A DNA stretch of 64,000 nucleotides from Paraphysomonas bandaiensis (GCA_965644295.1 CBFFRP010000028.1:186001-250000), one strand, 5' to 3'; positions 27,455 to 40,837 are shown, counted from the stretch's first letter. Numbers and translations: made by a program. Notes: a model not told the origin generated them from the sequence alone.

Positions 27455-27715
27455 GACACACATTGAAATAATTTGAATTCGTTCCGCACTTGCGCCAGCT
27501 TGACATGCTCCATTTTACTTGTGACTAGACTAAGTACGGCAGAACCTAACCCTCATGATAGCAAGTGGTCAAAATTAAAGCAAGTAACGGTCAATTATTG
27601 CAATTATGGAGTGAGTCCCACCTGCTGCTATATGTTGTTTGATGACTTGTACCGGGTAAGTTCTAGTAGACCTCATCAATTAATTTTTTCTCAGTCTTTA
27701 ATAATAAACACATAT

Positions 27716-28480
27716 ATATTGAAAGTCTTATTATTAGCAATAGGCGTTAAAAACCTGCATCAACTTAGTAGCTAGATGAATGCTAGACAAAGTAGTTAGA
27801 CCTCCACCTGTAACTAATCAGTACACACTTTTTTTATCCTACTATTTAACGCTACGGAAGCTGCTTGTGCGTCGCCGCAAGCACCAAGGTGCGACCACTT
27901 CCGCTCTGAGTTCTTAAGGTGAACATCCCGGATGCTTGACTTCAGCAGGCAGCCCAATACCTTGGTTACCCTTCAGGTGGGTCCTGTCCTGGATGCCCTT
28001 GAGGTGGGCCATTCCCGGATGCCTATTTATTTGTCAGGGCCCAAAGACGTCAACACAAGTGACACGTATTGGTGTCCCTTGTACCACACCAGCATTTGGC
28101 TATGAGTGGGCAGAAGAATATCTGCTGACTATGTTTGCGGCTCACGTTAGTTTCCCAGAGAGAATCTCTCCGGTACTTATCTCCCAGAACACCACACGAA
28201 AAGGTGCGAGTCCAACTTTGTTGAGGTAATAAATACATATGAACACATACATGTTAATGATTCTACTATATAGTAATTTTGAACTTTTAACTAGAGTTGC
28301 TTGTAGTTTTTGTACCACCGCTTATGATAATGTTTAATAACTAATATCTACACTCCAATTATTCCTCTTTTGTAAATAAGATCCCAGAACACCACACGAA
28401 AAGGTGAGTCAACTTTGTTGAGGTAATAAATACATATGAACACATACATGTTAATGATTCTACTATATAGTAATTTTGAA
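27716..28480. repeat. Interspersed repeat A, copy 2 (full ~510 bp, 27716-28226) plus duplication of its end and flank (28182-28283 repeated at 28382-28480)
   Basis: Colinear with 48866-49369 over its whole length, starting ATATTGAAAGTCTTATTATTAGC. Confidence 0.9.
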
Positions 28481-28629
28481 GGATGCACCTATGGAAATTC
28501 TTGTAGCAGCACATCAAATAACTGGCGCGCTTGGTACAAATTGGTTCCATCTCTTTGTTTGGCGAGCGTAACATTCTGTAATTTTTTAAGTTGCGTCAAC
28601 TATCCATTCGAGCCACCGAAATAAGTTCC
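28481..28629 (-). pseudogene. hAT-like transposase fragment, copy 1
   Basis: Homologous to 49527-49675, which encodes LEKLQSVTLALQ..NLYQARQLFDMVLQEFP. Confidence 0.5.
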
Positions 28630-29893
28630 ATGCAGGGGAGATACTTTCTTTCTTATAAAAGGCAATATATCATATATCGCCCCCGTGAAGTCTTTCATTT
28701 CATTTACTCTCACCACGAAAAATCCGCATGTTTGGCGCCCTAGGTTTTATGATTCACACAAGTTGTTTAAGGCGATCATTGCACAACGAACAAATATGAT
28801 ACAGAGGATTCTCGGAATCCACTCGGAAGAAGACTCTCTGTAAACTAAACTGCCGTCAATATTTTGGCCATCATCGTTGTTAGTATATATGGTATATATA
28901 CAGAGTGTAATTACTATTTGTTTAGTTGTGTACCGTGGAAAAATAGTACTTTTATGAATTTTTTCTAAGTGAAATATGCAATTTTCAATGATTTTGGGTA
29001 TATATGAGTACATCGGTATGCATATTGCTCAGGAAACTACTTTCTAACTCTTACAGCATTGATAAGATAGTGAACATATTTGCCACAAAGTACCTGTAGA
29101 GTTTAGAGTTGTCTAATAAACATTGTTGTCTAATTTTGTTTAGAGTTTCTTCGGAGTATAGTGGAGATACTATATTATCTCAAAAGCACTCAGTTCTATA
29201 TATAGCATACATCAAGTACCAGTACATTCTATTAAGGAGATGCCATTAATGATAGTCCAGTTCCCGGCAATTATAATGGCATTACCATTAACGGTTAACA
29301 AGCCCTGTTTCACATGACAACACACAATTGTTTCTGCAATATAATAATAGAGTCTATCTATAGTTTGATTACAATAAACTTCTCTTAACGATCTTAATTG
29401 TGAAAATGACCAATAGTCAATAAAACAACTGTATCTCATGAATAAGTTTAGTGTGTTTATGTAAAAGTTAAATAAATGATAAAAGGGATATATTATTCAT
29501 CCTAGTCAAAGTGGTTGAATTACCTACTAGTCACACTATTGTTGGTGGAATAACCTAGTCAAAGTAATAAATGACTCAACCTAGTCAATTTTGGTATTCA
29601 ACTTAGTCGTCCTTATATCCATTGATTAATGACTGTCTAAGATACCATCTCACACCACAAAATATTTTAGAGGCTTACAGAGCATCAAAACAATCATTCA
29701 AACATAACAATAAGCTCATATATACATATAATACATATCACATATCTACTTAACACAGGTGTACGGTGTACGTCTATGTCTATCGAGCCTATCTATATAT
29801 AGCTTACTTATAAGTATATAGCGATGGGTCCCTGTGAGTTATGGGGAGGAGGGATCCATGAGGCTGCGAATATAACAAGCAACTTCTACGTAC

Positions 29894-30028
29894 CAGGGCC
29901 TGATAACCGTTAATGGTAATGTAGGTTATTAATGCCATTATAATTGCCGGGACATTTTTATTCAATGCCATTACAATTCCCGGGAAGTGGACTATCATTA
30001 ACGGTGCATTAATGGTTACCAGGCCATG
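29894..30028. mobile_element. MITE with ~22-bp imperfect TIRs (CAGGG-type end, hAT-like); related partial inverted copy at 29240-29307
   Basis: CAGGGCCTGATAACCGTTAATG ... CATTAATGGTTACCAGGCCATG. No TSD is recognisable. Confidence 0.6.
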
Positions 30029-30268
30029 TATTAACCTAGTATAGTACGTAATAGAGGAGAGTTCTTTCTATATAATATGTCCTTATACAAAATACAATAG
30101 TGTTGCTTACTTACTGCGATGTACCCAAAACACCGGTTGTCAAGTCAGGAGTCAGTGATATGTAATACTCATACTGCTTGCGGAGTACGTTTCACAGGTT
30201 AGTTCGTATAGTTGATATACATTGACAAGTTTAAATTACAGAAAATTACAACACGACGAACATAATTT

Positions 30269-32016
30269 TTACGCACGACTAGAAGACTTTTTACTTTTAT
30301 ACTTATTTTTCGCAACTGACGACTTGGTTTTTACTATTCCAAGGTCGGCTTGAAGCTTATTATGAAACTGAACTTTTCGATACCACCTGCCACTCTATAT
30401 TACACGATATCGATTCTCAGTTATGATCTACTTACTTTAAGACTGCATTGAAAATGATTCTATGAGCCCGAACTTTCACTCCTACCATCCCTGATAACGC
30501 GAGTCTGGCATTAATGGTACTGCTGTGCGCTCCAACCTAACGACAATACCATCATTCCAGCAGCCAACAACGACGCAATTGCAACCTTCTGCATCATTGT
30601 GTGTCTGTCAGGTGGTGCCAGTAGATACAATTCATCTTGTATATCTGTCATCGGCTAAACCGAATAAATATCAGTTACATTGAAACAACTCATTGAACAT
30701 TATATACATCGTTTATAGAAGGATTGTGATGAAGAAGCTGAAGAACACCCTGTGGGATAAATCGCAATTTCTTTTCTAGTGCCTTTCGTGCCTGTGCCAA
30801 CACACCAATTACAAAAGATAATGGTGGGATGCACTTACATTCAAAGATATCGTACTCGCGTCAACAGAATGGATATCGTTGGTAAGAGAAACGACGCAAT
30901 TATTAGCTTCTACCTCCGCGTGAACTAGTTCTTCTTTGTCCTTTGTCACTTTGTTTCTGCTGATATCAATAAAGAGTAGAGTGCTATTTTCTTTCAATGC
31001 AGCAACCAAATGTGAAATAGCGTCTGAGCGAAAACCACAGTCGGATATATCAAGAAGAGATATCGTGTCGTTCTGCTTTAATGCAGCGCTTAGAATCTCC
31101 AGTCCCCCGCTACGAATGGGGTTTGAGCCCAGGAGAAGGGTTTTCAAACCTTGACTGTAAAATCAACTAGATTAATGAGACAGTGTATAGAAATTAGACT
31201 TACTTACCGTCCCCTCAGGTTGGCATGGCCCTGAATTGCCTCTGCGAGAGAGTATACTCCACTCTCGTGTAGTAGATTTCCACTAATGTCCAGGAAATTG
31301 AGCTCTGGAAGTTTGTTGATGGCCTCAGATATGTGCATAATGTCTTCATTGGAAAGGTAGTTCCGAGCTAAGTACAACTTTTTGAGGGAGTGGGTCTGTC
31401 CGAGCAATCTGGCCATGGTGCCCATCACTGTGGCATTAGGGTTTCCAAATGGATCCAATCCAAGCTTATTATCACTTAAATCTAATTCAATTAAAATGGA
31501 TGAGTGCCCCAATAGACAACTCATAAGCCCCCATGCTTGATTGTGAAGCTCGTTGTGCAGACAACGAAATACAGTGCATTTTTTCACAACATAAGTATGA
31601 AGCAACTCTGTCAATGAAGAAAGTATTCGCCTACCAGGACCAAGGATCATATTATCCGATATATCAAGTTTTTGAATGGGAGATTTTGCAAGAGAATTTG
31701 ATAATACTTTGATGTAGTCCTTCCTATGAGGGGTCGGTGCGCAGGGTGTGAAGTCGCCTAAATGATTTCCCGCAAAATCAAGAGCAGTTAAGTGATTATT
31801 CGCTTCAAGTGACTCGCAGAGAGTTTGAATGATTTCTTCCATTATGTTCGGATCAGATGCATCTTCTTGTTTCAGCATATAGCCCAAGTCTACCTGTCGA
31901 AGCATGTTATCTCCCGACAGATCCTCCATCACCTCTATGAGATCAGAGTAGGGCATATCATGATGAGATAGATCAAGATACTCATAGTCTGCATCAACCT
32001 CCTCGTGACGTGGCAT
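30269..32016 (-). CDS. Ribonuclease-inhibitor-type leucine-rich repeat protein
   Basis: Repeated LxxLDLSxNxL motifs (LTALDFAGNHL, LIELDLSDNKL, LKKLYLARNYL, LLFIDISRNKV) and several short introns. The 3' exons are less certain; TAA at 30269-30271. Confidence 0.8.
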
Positions 32017-32463
32017 GATTATTACTCTATTCCACCAACAACTGCAACCGAATCATCACTATGAGATCATATCAGCAGACTTGAAATGCTGTCCGTTAAA
32101 CATACACAGAGACCAGTGAGATATACAGCCGTATATACTACAGTACAGTCTGTAGGGTATATTGCTTATAAATAGAGTCTATACAGCTATACAGAGAGGA
32201 GTTTTCGGGCATTTTCAGCTCTGTGATGTATGTAGAAACCCTCCTTTTTCACAAATAACGGAGAAATACCAGTGCAGCAGTACAGCATGCCACATATACA
32301 CTGCTGTTTTCAGTACTGTATATCGCTATAGGAGTTCCTCCTATGCATACACTGCCTGGGTGTACAGTGTACAGCAGTACAGAGTGATGTGCTGGCTGCT
32401 TAAGATGCACTGAGATGGTATGACGTATGCAGGAATACTCCATAGTCTAAATTAATCGCTACT

Positions 32464-33211
32464 ATGCGTCGTCGTAGCTCCCAGGGGAATGCATTGGAAT
32501 TACCGGAGTGGATGTTTGTAGTGGATGAGGTGGACGACACACCGGGAGACATATCCATCCTACAGGAGCTCGATATAGATATATCTCTCATATACAGGAC
32601 TGTCATGTGGATGATTACTCATCCGTGGATATGGATATTTAGTTCGACGGTATCATCTGCTAATTCTCATCCGCTTTGTTTGCCGTCATCTCAGCGTGAG
32701 TTTTGGGGGCCTTGTTTTGTGGTAATGCCTCTCACTGTATATGCTAACGATGTAATAGATAGTAACACAGGTATGTCTATACGGAGTTGTTTTATGGGCC
32801 TCCAAACTTACGGTACGCTATTAAATATGGTTAGATTACATGTAATCTGTACGCTTTATGCAGAATGTGCCATGGATATTCGGCATATGGGGTATTGCTA
32901 CCGTATTTCAACATATAGTTGGGAGGGCATTTTTACAGAATAGCACGTTTGCCATTCATTCGGTTGTATTGGGTTATTCTGTTGCAGCTCTCATCCCAGT
33001 GTGTGTTCTTGCGCTATTGCTGAAGTATGTTCAGATAGTTTCAGATATCTTAAAGATTGTAGGAATATTATGGGCCACATTGTCTGCATTTATCACCTAT
33101 CTTCATGTGTGCTTTGTTGTGCCCCAAGAGCGTGAGTCGAAGCGCTATCTTTTAGTTATGCCAGTTCTACTAATGCATGTTTATCTTGTTTCTCTGATAC
33201 CGCGATTATAA
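32464..33211 (+). CDS. Yip1-domain Golgi membrane protein (YIPF4-like)
   Basis: ILQELDIDISLIY, EFWGPCFVV, VLGYSV and several hydrophobic helices. Two short introns near 32722-32770 and 32813-32863. Confidence 0.75.
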
Positions 33212-33441
33212 TTATTGATATTTAGTTTTAAGCAGTGTTCGTCAACAATATAACATTGTGTTGTAGCATTAGTGGGTGGTTTATTAAGCCACTCAAGTAC
33301 GAGGATAAAGAGATGATGACGTAGCTGGTAAACTGTTTCTAGAGTCATATAAGGGGAAATAGGTGGAGGAGTTGTGGTCTTTTACATCAAGTAGAAATTA
33401 AGAGTAATAAAGCTACAGTTCCGAGTTAGGATTTAATGGGA

Positions 33442-33709
33442 TATTAGGATTCAGCTTAATACATGATTGTATTTGTGAGTTATAATGTTCAATGAAATAT
33501 ATCATGAACTGGATTAGAGAGAGTATCTGTCGAAGATACATGATCGTCATCATAACGTCGTCAATATATCAGTTACACTTCTAACTATTCCGTTGTGCAT
33601 GATAGTTATGTTCTATATTGTTATTCATAATTTTCACTCTATCGTGTTCATTACTTACACTCTAACAATCACAACATTGTTTTACTATTATAAAGATCAA
33701 TTCTTTATT
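33442..33709 (+). mobile_element. Solo LTR family L, copy 1 (268 bp, TSD TGGGA)
   Basis: TGGGA at 33437-33441 and 33710-33714. Homologous to the reverse complements of 40065-40334 and 48389-48540. Confidence 0.8.
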
Positions 33710-34000
33710 TGGGATTCTACAGTAGGGGTCCACAGTTCACAGGATTTTCAGCTACCTCTTCATAAATTTAAACGGACTGTTGATTATAATTGTACTAGTT
33801 TATAATAGAGTGAGTGAGTTCAAGTTCAGTTAAGTTACTTCAGTATATTATTAAGATTAATTGATTTACATATATCCCTTAAGGCGTGAATACAACAAAA
33901 TAATAAAGTGAAATATCAATTGACAGAATAATTCCCAGACTATTCAAGATTCGCGCCCGTGCAACCGCAAGATACGTTAATGTAGGTCGTCAATGTCTGA

Positions 34001-34307
34001 TTATTAGCAATAGGCGGGTAAGAGTCAGTACCAATCTAGTACTGCTTAACTCTGATATCCAATATCCTACTATTTAGCGCTACGAAAGCTGTTTGTGCGT
34101 CATCGCAAGCATATATTGAAAGTCTTATTATTTAGCGATGGGCGGTAAGAACCTGTACCAATGTAGTGGCTAGTTGAATGCTAGACATCTAGACATACTA
34201 TTGAGACCGCTACCCATAACTAATTCTATTATCCTACTATTTAGCTCTACAGAAGCTGCTTGTGCGTCGCCGCAAGCACCAAGGTGCGACCACTTTCGCT
34301 CTATCGC
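34001..34307. repeat. Interspersed repeat A, two tandem partial copies of the left part
   Basis: TTATTAGCAATAGGCG..TGTGCGTCATCGCAAGC is followed by ATATTGAAAGTCTTATTA..GCAAGCACCAAGGTGCGACCACTTT. Confidence 0.8.
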
Positions 34308-34935
34308 TCAAAGCAAACGTAGAGAGCAAGTAGAATGTTGATAAATCTGATTTCTGTTGACTTCAGGATATTGAGTGTTTAAGTAAGTGTAGGAGCTGCC
34401 CGCGGACGTGTAGTCCTTCAGTGCCCAAGTGGTGCGGTTAATCAGGGCGACATTCTTTGGGTAGGGTCCGCGACTTTTAAGGGATAAGGGAGGGTCGCAG
34501 TTATGAGTTATGTAGATAGGAGGAGAATAGTGTTCCGAGGGAAAATCAGATGATACGAGGTAGAGGCGCAGAATCTCTAGAGCATATGGAATCTCATCCT
34601 TCACGCCCTCTGAAGGTCGTACTGAGGAATCGAGTATAAGTTATAAGTTGGACGTAAATAGAGTGGCGGAGTCGTAATAATATTTCCAGCAATCGTAATG
34701 TTGCCCCAATTTATCACACACAGTGAAAAGGTATCAGCTTTGACTGCAATAGTGGCTTTCACACAGTACGAGCTATGTTAACTCTCACTGGGTGCAGTGT
34801 ACAGTGTACAAGAGCCTTACTCCAAGCAATACGCACTTATCCTTAATATATAGTGTATTCATTATTAAAGCACATGCATGCCACATGGTATACAAACACA
34901 GCACATTTGTGCTCAATGACAACGATATACCGATA

Positions 34936-36221
34936 CTATCTTAATCTATTGTCCGCGGCTAAGTACGAATTGGGATCAAATTTTATCTTTGCGTCTCCAC
35001 CGAAGTCTGTAGATAACACTGACACATCTATGTACGCCCCTGGTATAAAAGATATTTAGGTATTAGACAAGACATCACGGTGACATATGTGCAGGAATAT
35101 TAATTGAGATACACCCGCTTATATCCAATACAATTGTGTAGCACGCACCTATTGCCTTGCGCATTTCTACCATATCATTAGTGAGGATCTGGATCTTCTT
35201 CTTGGCAACATCAGACAGTGTGACCGAAATAGCATTCCATACGAAGTAGAAGACAGAACTAACATTGCATATGAATATCTGACCATTCCTTCTGGGGTAA
35301 TGTCTCCCTAGAATATCAATGATCTTCGAAAGGAATGCAGTGGAAGGCGAATTCATCATGCCTAGTCCGTCGCAGTCAACTATACATATCGTTTCTTGTA
35401 CAGCAGGACTCATGCTACGGATCGCTCTCTCGAGAGTATACACAAGAGCCATCGTGTTACCATCAGGATCCCACGTATTCTCCTTGCCCAGCAGAAGGTA
35501 TACAACTGGTCGTCCGTCCTTGCTCTTGCCGTGCACAAAGTTCTTGCCAGTCGCTAGCTCCGTCGAGAGAAGAGCCAAATTAACAGCCGGTAGAGGGAAG
35601 TTACAGCGCCAGTCAATTGTTGCCATGATCCGCTCGGCAGCGGTCTGACCATTAGGGAACCGAGGCTGCCAAAGATTAGCTATATACAAGTACACATTTA
35701 GAAGTACGGTTTGTATATTGCTTTATATATTCACCTTCCAGATAGCGTACTATCGTACTTTTATCTAGCCGAAAATCTGTTAACCGTGCGAGCTCGTGAT
35801 AATCCTTGTCAGACATATCTATCAGTCTTTCAGTGTCCGCAATGAGCTCCACTTTCACTGGATCGTTCACCCATGAATCCAAAGGGATGAAACCTTGTGG
35901 CCATTCCCAAATAGGGCAACCTGACAGTCAAAAATAAGATCATTGCGGGACAGTCGAGGAAATTTTAGTACCACTGTCATTGACACCGTACTCAAAACTA
36001 GAATACGTATCACTGAAGTTGTCGTCATTGATATCATCATCCACGTAGTCCCTTGACCCCAGAGCACCAGTGTAGATCACCACTCTGTCGACTGACTTCC
36101 TCGCCACAGCTTCAACCACTGGACGAGGATAATGAACAGCTTTATTTACAGGTGTTACAGTTTCAGTTATTTCTAATTGATCATCAGAGATACAGATACA
36201 TTCAAAGAACCACTGAGACAT
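34936..36221 (-). CDS. CRAL-TRIO (Sec14-like) lipid-binding protein
   Basis: TIDWRC, FVHGKSKDGRPVVY, ICIVDCDG, LGRHYPRRNGQIFICNV, KKKIQIL and terminal DFGG, with multiple short introns. Confidence 0.85.
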
Positions 36222-37177
36222 GAGGGACCCTCTCGCTATATATATATGTATAGTCTAGTCTATATGATGCACTACTACGACAATACTCAGAGCATTTATA
36301 CCAATCCCTGTCTCACACCCGCTACTAAGCACACCTACTAATGGACTGGTAATTGTAATGTTCGCTATCAGTGAGGTGACAGTGAGGACGATGGCATCTA
36401 GTCTACACTGATCTCTATACATTACCATATACGTCATGCGCGTATGATAACTTACTTGACCCTTCCGGTCTATCCATCCCAGCTCCATCATACTCTGTAG
36501 TTGACGTATTCCTGTATACAGCTGTACCTTGTTTTATCCCCGCAATAATTCACCATAATACTGAATATACCGCAGAATACTGATGTATAACTCACACATT
36601 GGGAATTCCTACAGGAATGATTGACTTCAAAATTTAAATCCTACATATACTGTATACTGCTGTACTGTTGTATAGTACACAGTGGGAGCTCCAAAATTTT
36701 CAGTCAGAGGAATCCCTGCAATCCCGATAGGATCTGCATGTGAAAGCTCTAGAGCTGTCTGTTCCCATCTGTTCCCATCTTATTACAGCTTGCACACGTA
36801 TTCTTCCATCGAAGTCTGAGGAGTATATGGACTGACCCATACATAACAAGCATACAAATACACTCATACGACAGGCACATACCATACTAGCATACACACA
36901 CACCACATACATACGAGGATAGATAGATATACTCACCTCATTTATACATGCTTCCAAAAGATATCTTCATAAACGCCTATCGACACACCTGAATTATCAG
37001 GGGGATATACTAGTCAACCACTTCATTACTACTGTACACTGTGCTGTAGTATCACCCTCTGAGTTAGCGGCCCCTCTACTCATCTCCGTATATATATACA
37101 TATATATATATATAGAATCCACCTGCTCATTAGCGATAAGACTCTCAGCGAATAACATCTTAAGAAAAAGCATCAAG

Positions 37178-38080
37178 ATGAGAGGGAACTCTACTCTGCC
37201 TGCACGACTGTTCTCTGATATGACACACAGCAATAAGAAGCGCAGGGGAGATGGGTGTCGACCGAAGACCACTGGAAGAAAATCACGACACCTCTTAACT
37301 GGACGAGATCATCATGAGCCCAGTAAGAGTAGTGTAGATGAGACGACTACACCGCGTCGTGAATGTAGTGTTCAGAGAGGAATGAAGACTGGAAGGGATG
37401 GCTATTTCTCTTGCGACTCGCTTAACACTGACAGGGAACGTCTTTTCGTGAGCACAAGTTCAAGCATGTTCTTCGAAGGAACCCACCGTTGTTCCGAAAC
37501 ACTGGTATCTATCCCAATATCTCCCATGTTTACTGAGGCCACTCCTGGACCTAGTTGGGACACAGAGTTTTTCGGACGAGGCGCAACTTCTATCCCGTCT
37601 TCCCGTACCACGACAAGTGTAAATACACTCCCAGGATTGAAAAAGGACAATATCTCCCAGCCACGTCAGATATTTTCTCGTGGCAACAAGACTCAAGCGC
37701 AATGTCAGCCGCATACCGCTAGGAACTCGGGAAATTTATATCGGGATGTCTCTCCATCTCCTAATTCAGTGGTGAACTCTGTGGCGAGCGCGGAACATGA
37801 TTCTTCCCAGTACGGTTCTTCTTCCCGCCCCACCGGTTTGACGACAAAACGACCAGACACCGGGTCATCTGAAGTGGAAATTGAACCTTGGGCGTACAAA
37901 ATCATATCGAAATATCAAGGTGCTTCCTGTCAGCGTCCTTTATCTCGCTGCACTACACGACTCGTGCAAGACCCCTCCAACCAAACGGAGACCGCTCCGC
38001 CTCTCTTGTTAAACGGGATGACGAAATCCAAGTCGTGTTCTAGTATGAAGGCTACGAAAAAACTTACCGCACTTCACTAA
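37178..38080 (+). CDS. Hypothetical Ser/Thr/Pro-rich, probably disordered protein (300 aa)
   Basis: 903-nt ORF with elevated GC in an AT-rich context, lying divergent from the CRAL-TRIO gene. No recognisable domain; start uncertain. Confidence 0.55.
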   Translation: MRGNSTLPARLFSDMTHSNKKRRGDGCRPKTTGRKSRHLLTGRDHHEPSKSSVDETTTPRRECSVQRGMKTGRDGYFSCDSLNTDRERLFVSTSSSMFFEGTHRCSETLVSIPISPMFTEATPGPSWDTEFFGRGATSIPSSRTTTSVNTLPGLKKDNISQPRQIFSRGNKTQAQCQPHTARNSGNLYRDVSPSPNSVVNSVASAEHDSSQYGSSSRPTGLTTKRPDTGSSEVEIEPWAYKIISKYQGASCQRPLSRCTTRLVQDPSNQTETAPPLLLNGMTKSKSCSSMKATKKLTALH

Positions 38081-38504
38081 TATACGGCAGCGATATGCTT
38101 TTCTTTAAATGTAACACACCTTTGTGTGACTGCGAAAAGTTGCAGAATTTCACTAAGCCGGATGCAACTACCATAATACTATTGCGTTATATATGTGTGC
38201 CTATATCACCTTTTATGTTGTCTGTGTGTATCACACTATTCATGTTGTCGAGATTCAACTATGTGTGTGTTGAGTTAGGGATGTTCTGAGCTATTCCTCG
38301 TTTAAGGTCAGAATTCTGGACAAGTTTTAATACCCAATTGAGGTAAATTAAGTTGTGAGTTTTTTCTTCAATCTGTTTTTGTATTACTGTTCAAATGCGT
38401 TCTACAAAGTTTTGGCGCATGAATGTGCTCCACTTATTTCTACATTTTACTGACTCTAAAATCTATAACCCTCCTAGCTTTTGCTGTAGAATAGCGTAGT
38501 ATAT

Positions 38505-40443
38505 GTCCTTATCCCCATTTTGTCTCAAAAAAAGCTTATTCTTTACCTGATTTGGGCTCAACAGGGCGCTCATATCAGCACCAGGCAAATATAAACATTC
38601 GACTTCAATATTCGGTTCAACAGAAGCTCACTTCTATCTTAATTATGATAATGACAGTCGAATGTGATATCATTATTGTACACTATTATAGAGAAACCAC
38701 AATCATGAGTTACAGCATGTATAGGCAGTAGCATCCAGTTCTTTCAGGGTATGGGCCGCATTGTGCTTTCATATTCATCACCACATTTATGTACAAATTT
38801 CAACACCTCGCAGTTGCTAATAATTTCATCAGTATCCTTCTGTGGTTGGAGTGTTATTAGCTATTATATATAAATTTGGGGACTTATTGCTTGAGTTGAC
38901 CTATAGTGCAATTGCTATTCCCAAAGCATACACAGCCAGTGTGCATGCCATTCATTTGAAACAATACGAAAACTCATTCGTTTCCTTAATGTTAATCAGG
39001 GAACACATATTTCTCATTACAGCAAGCAAGCTACTAAACTAGCTATACAGTCTACTCTTAAGTTTTCAACATCATGAGGATAAGCTACAATTTAACCTAG
39101 GGATAAGGAGTATCGTCCCTTGTCTAAATTTAAAACTCGGGTTTTTTGCCCTCGTTTCAAAATATTGAGCGCGGGACGATATAGCCTCCTTATTGCTCGT
39201 GGTTAAGTATAACTATATCCCTTCTCCCCATTTTGTCTCCAAGAAGCTTTTTTTGATCTGAATTGAGCTCAACAGAGCGCTCATATTAGCACACTGGGTA
39301 AATACAGACATTCAACTTCAATATTCGGTTCGAAAGAAACTCTGTTCCATCATAATATTTATGATATTGGCAGTCATTTGTACGTGAGTTTATTACATAA
39401 ACTATTATGGAGAAACTATTATCAAAAGCCAACTATCCAAAGCTGATCATCCAATACTCCAACTATTATATCCTTCGTCTGCTGTAGAAGATTATAATGA
39501 TATCAGTTCACGTGACCTATCTTCATAATCATAACTTCGAAACAACTTCAAGATTATTACAGTAGAGTAGTTTAAGTGCCATAATAGATACTGTATAGTT
39601 TGTTAAAAGGGCAGTGACATCCAGTTCTTTCAAGGTTTGGGTCACATATTGTGTTCATCAGGATAGTGTGTGCCTCATATCATACACACATCATACAATC
39701 AGGTACACTAGCAGAGGTTAAGCGTATTGTATATAAATGTGATGATGATACTAATTAAGGCAATAAGAAGCCTTTTGTGCGACTTTCACATTCATCATCA
39801 CACTTATATACGAATTTCAACACCTAGCATTATATTGTAGCTATTATATATAGATATATATAAATTTGGGGGTTTATTGTTTAAGTTCATCTATACCAGT
39901 ATACCTACCATTGATTAGAAACAATATGACTCCTCATTTGATTTCTTAATGCTAATCACGAAACATCTATTTCTTCGTACTGTTTAACTACTAAAATAGC
40001 TATACAATCTAGTATTAAGATTTCAACATCATGAGGATGAGCTAATATTGATTCTAGGGATAAGAATGCAGATTTAAGCTTAGTAATAGCAAGAAGAATG
40101 TTGTGATTATTAGTATGTAAAGTGATGAACACAGTAAAGTAGAAAAGTGAATAATAATGCAGAACATAACTATCACACACAACGGAATAGTGAGAAGTAA
40201 AATTGGCAATGACGATCACTGTGATGACTGTCACAAGTATCTTCAACAGATATAATCATTACTTCAGTTCATCATATAATTCATTGAACATTATATTTCA
40301 CATTTACTATCTTATATATAGATGAATCCTAATAATAAGGAGTATCGTCCCTTGTCTAAATTTTAAGAATGAGCTTCTCGCCTGTGTTTCAAAATTGAGC
40401 GCTGGACGATATAGCCCCCTTATTGCCCGTGGTTAAATATAAT
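38505..40443 (+). repeat. Repeat B, two tandem degenerate copies (about 38505-39218 and 39219-40443)
   Basis: Both begin CCCCATTTTGTCTC and end AGGAGTATCGTCCC..GGACGATATAGCC..TTATTGCxCGTGGTTAAxTATAA. A third copy lies at 44381-45311. Confidence 0.8.
40065..40334 (-). mobile_element. Solo LTR family L, copy 2 (270 bp, TSD ATAAG) nested in repeat B
   Basis: ATAAG at 40060-40064 and 40335-40339. The empty site CTAGGGATAAGGAGTATC is seen in the first B copy (~39097-39114). Confidence 0.85.
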
Positions 40444-40837
40444 AATTTGCCTTTCGGTTTTTCCGTGATGATTTTAATAAATTAATGCTTTGATTGGATT
40501 TAATGTATAAATTGGAATGGACCTCTATTGGATGTTGGACGAGATGATGAGAATGACTAGTTTCGCATTGATCTATATTAATATTATGTATGCACATGAT
40601 GCACATGATGCACATGATTATTAAAGTGCATCTTACTGAACTTGTGTTATACAATCATGGTGGCTGATATATTATACATTCCATTATGTCATAGTAATGT
40701 CATCATTTCCTAGTACGGGATTCACTATCATTAAAACAAATTCATTCACAATTCATAGAACACCAAAATACAAAATGTATATATTGCGCAGCACGTATCT
40801 ATCTCATCAGAAAAACACGCCTCAATATATATACATG

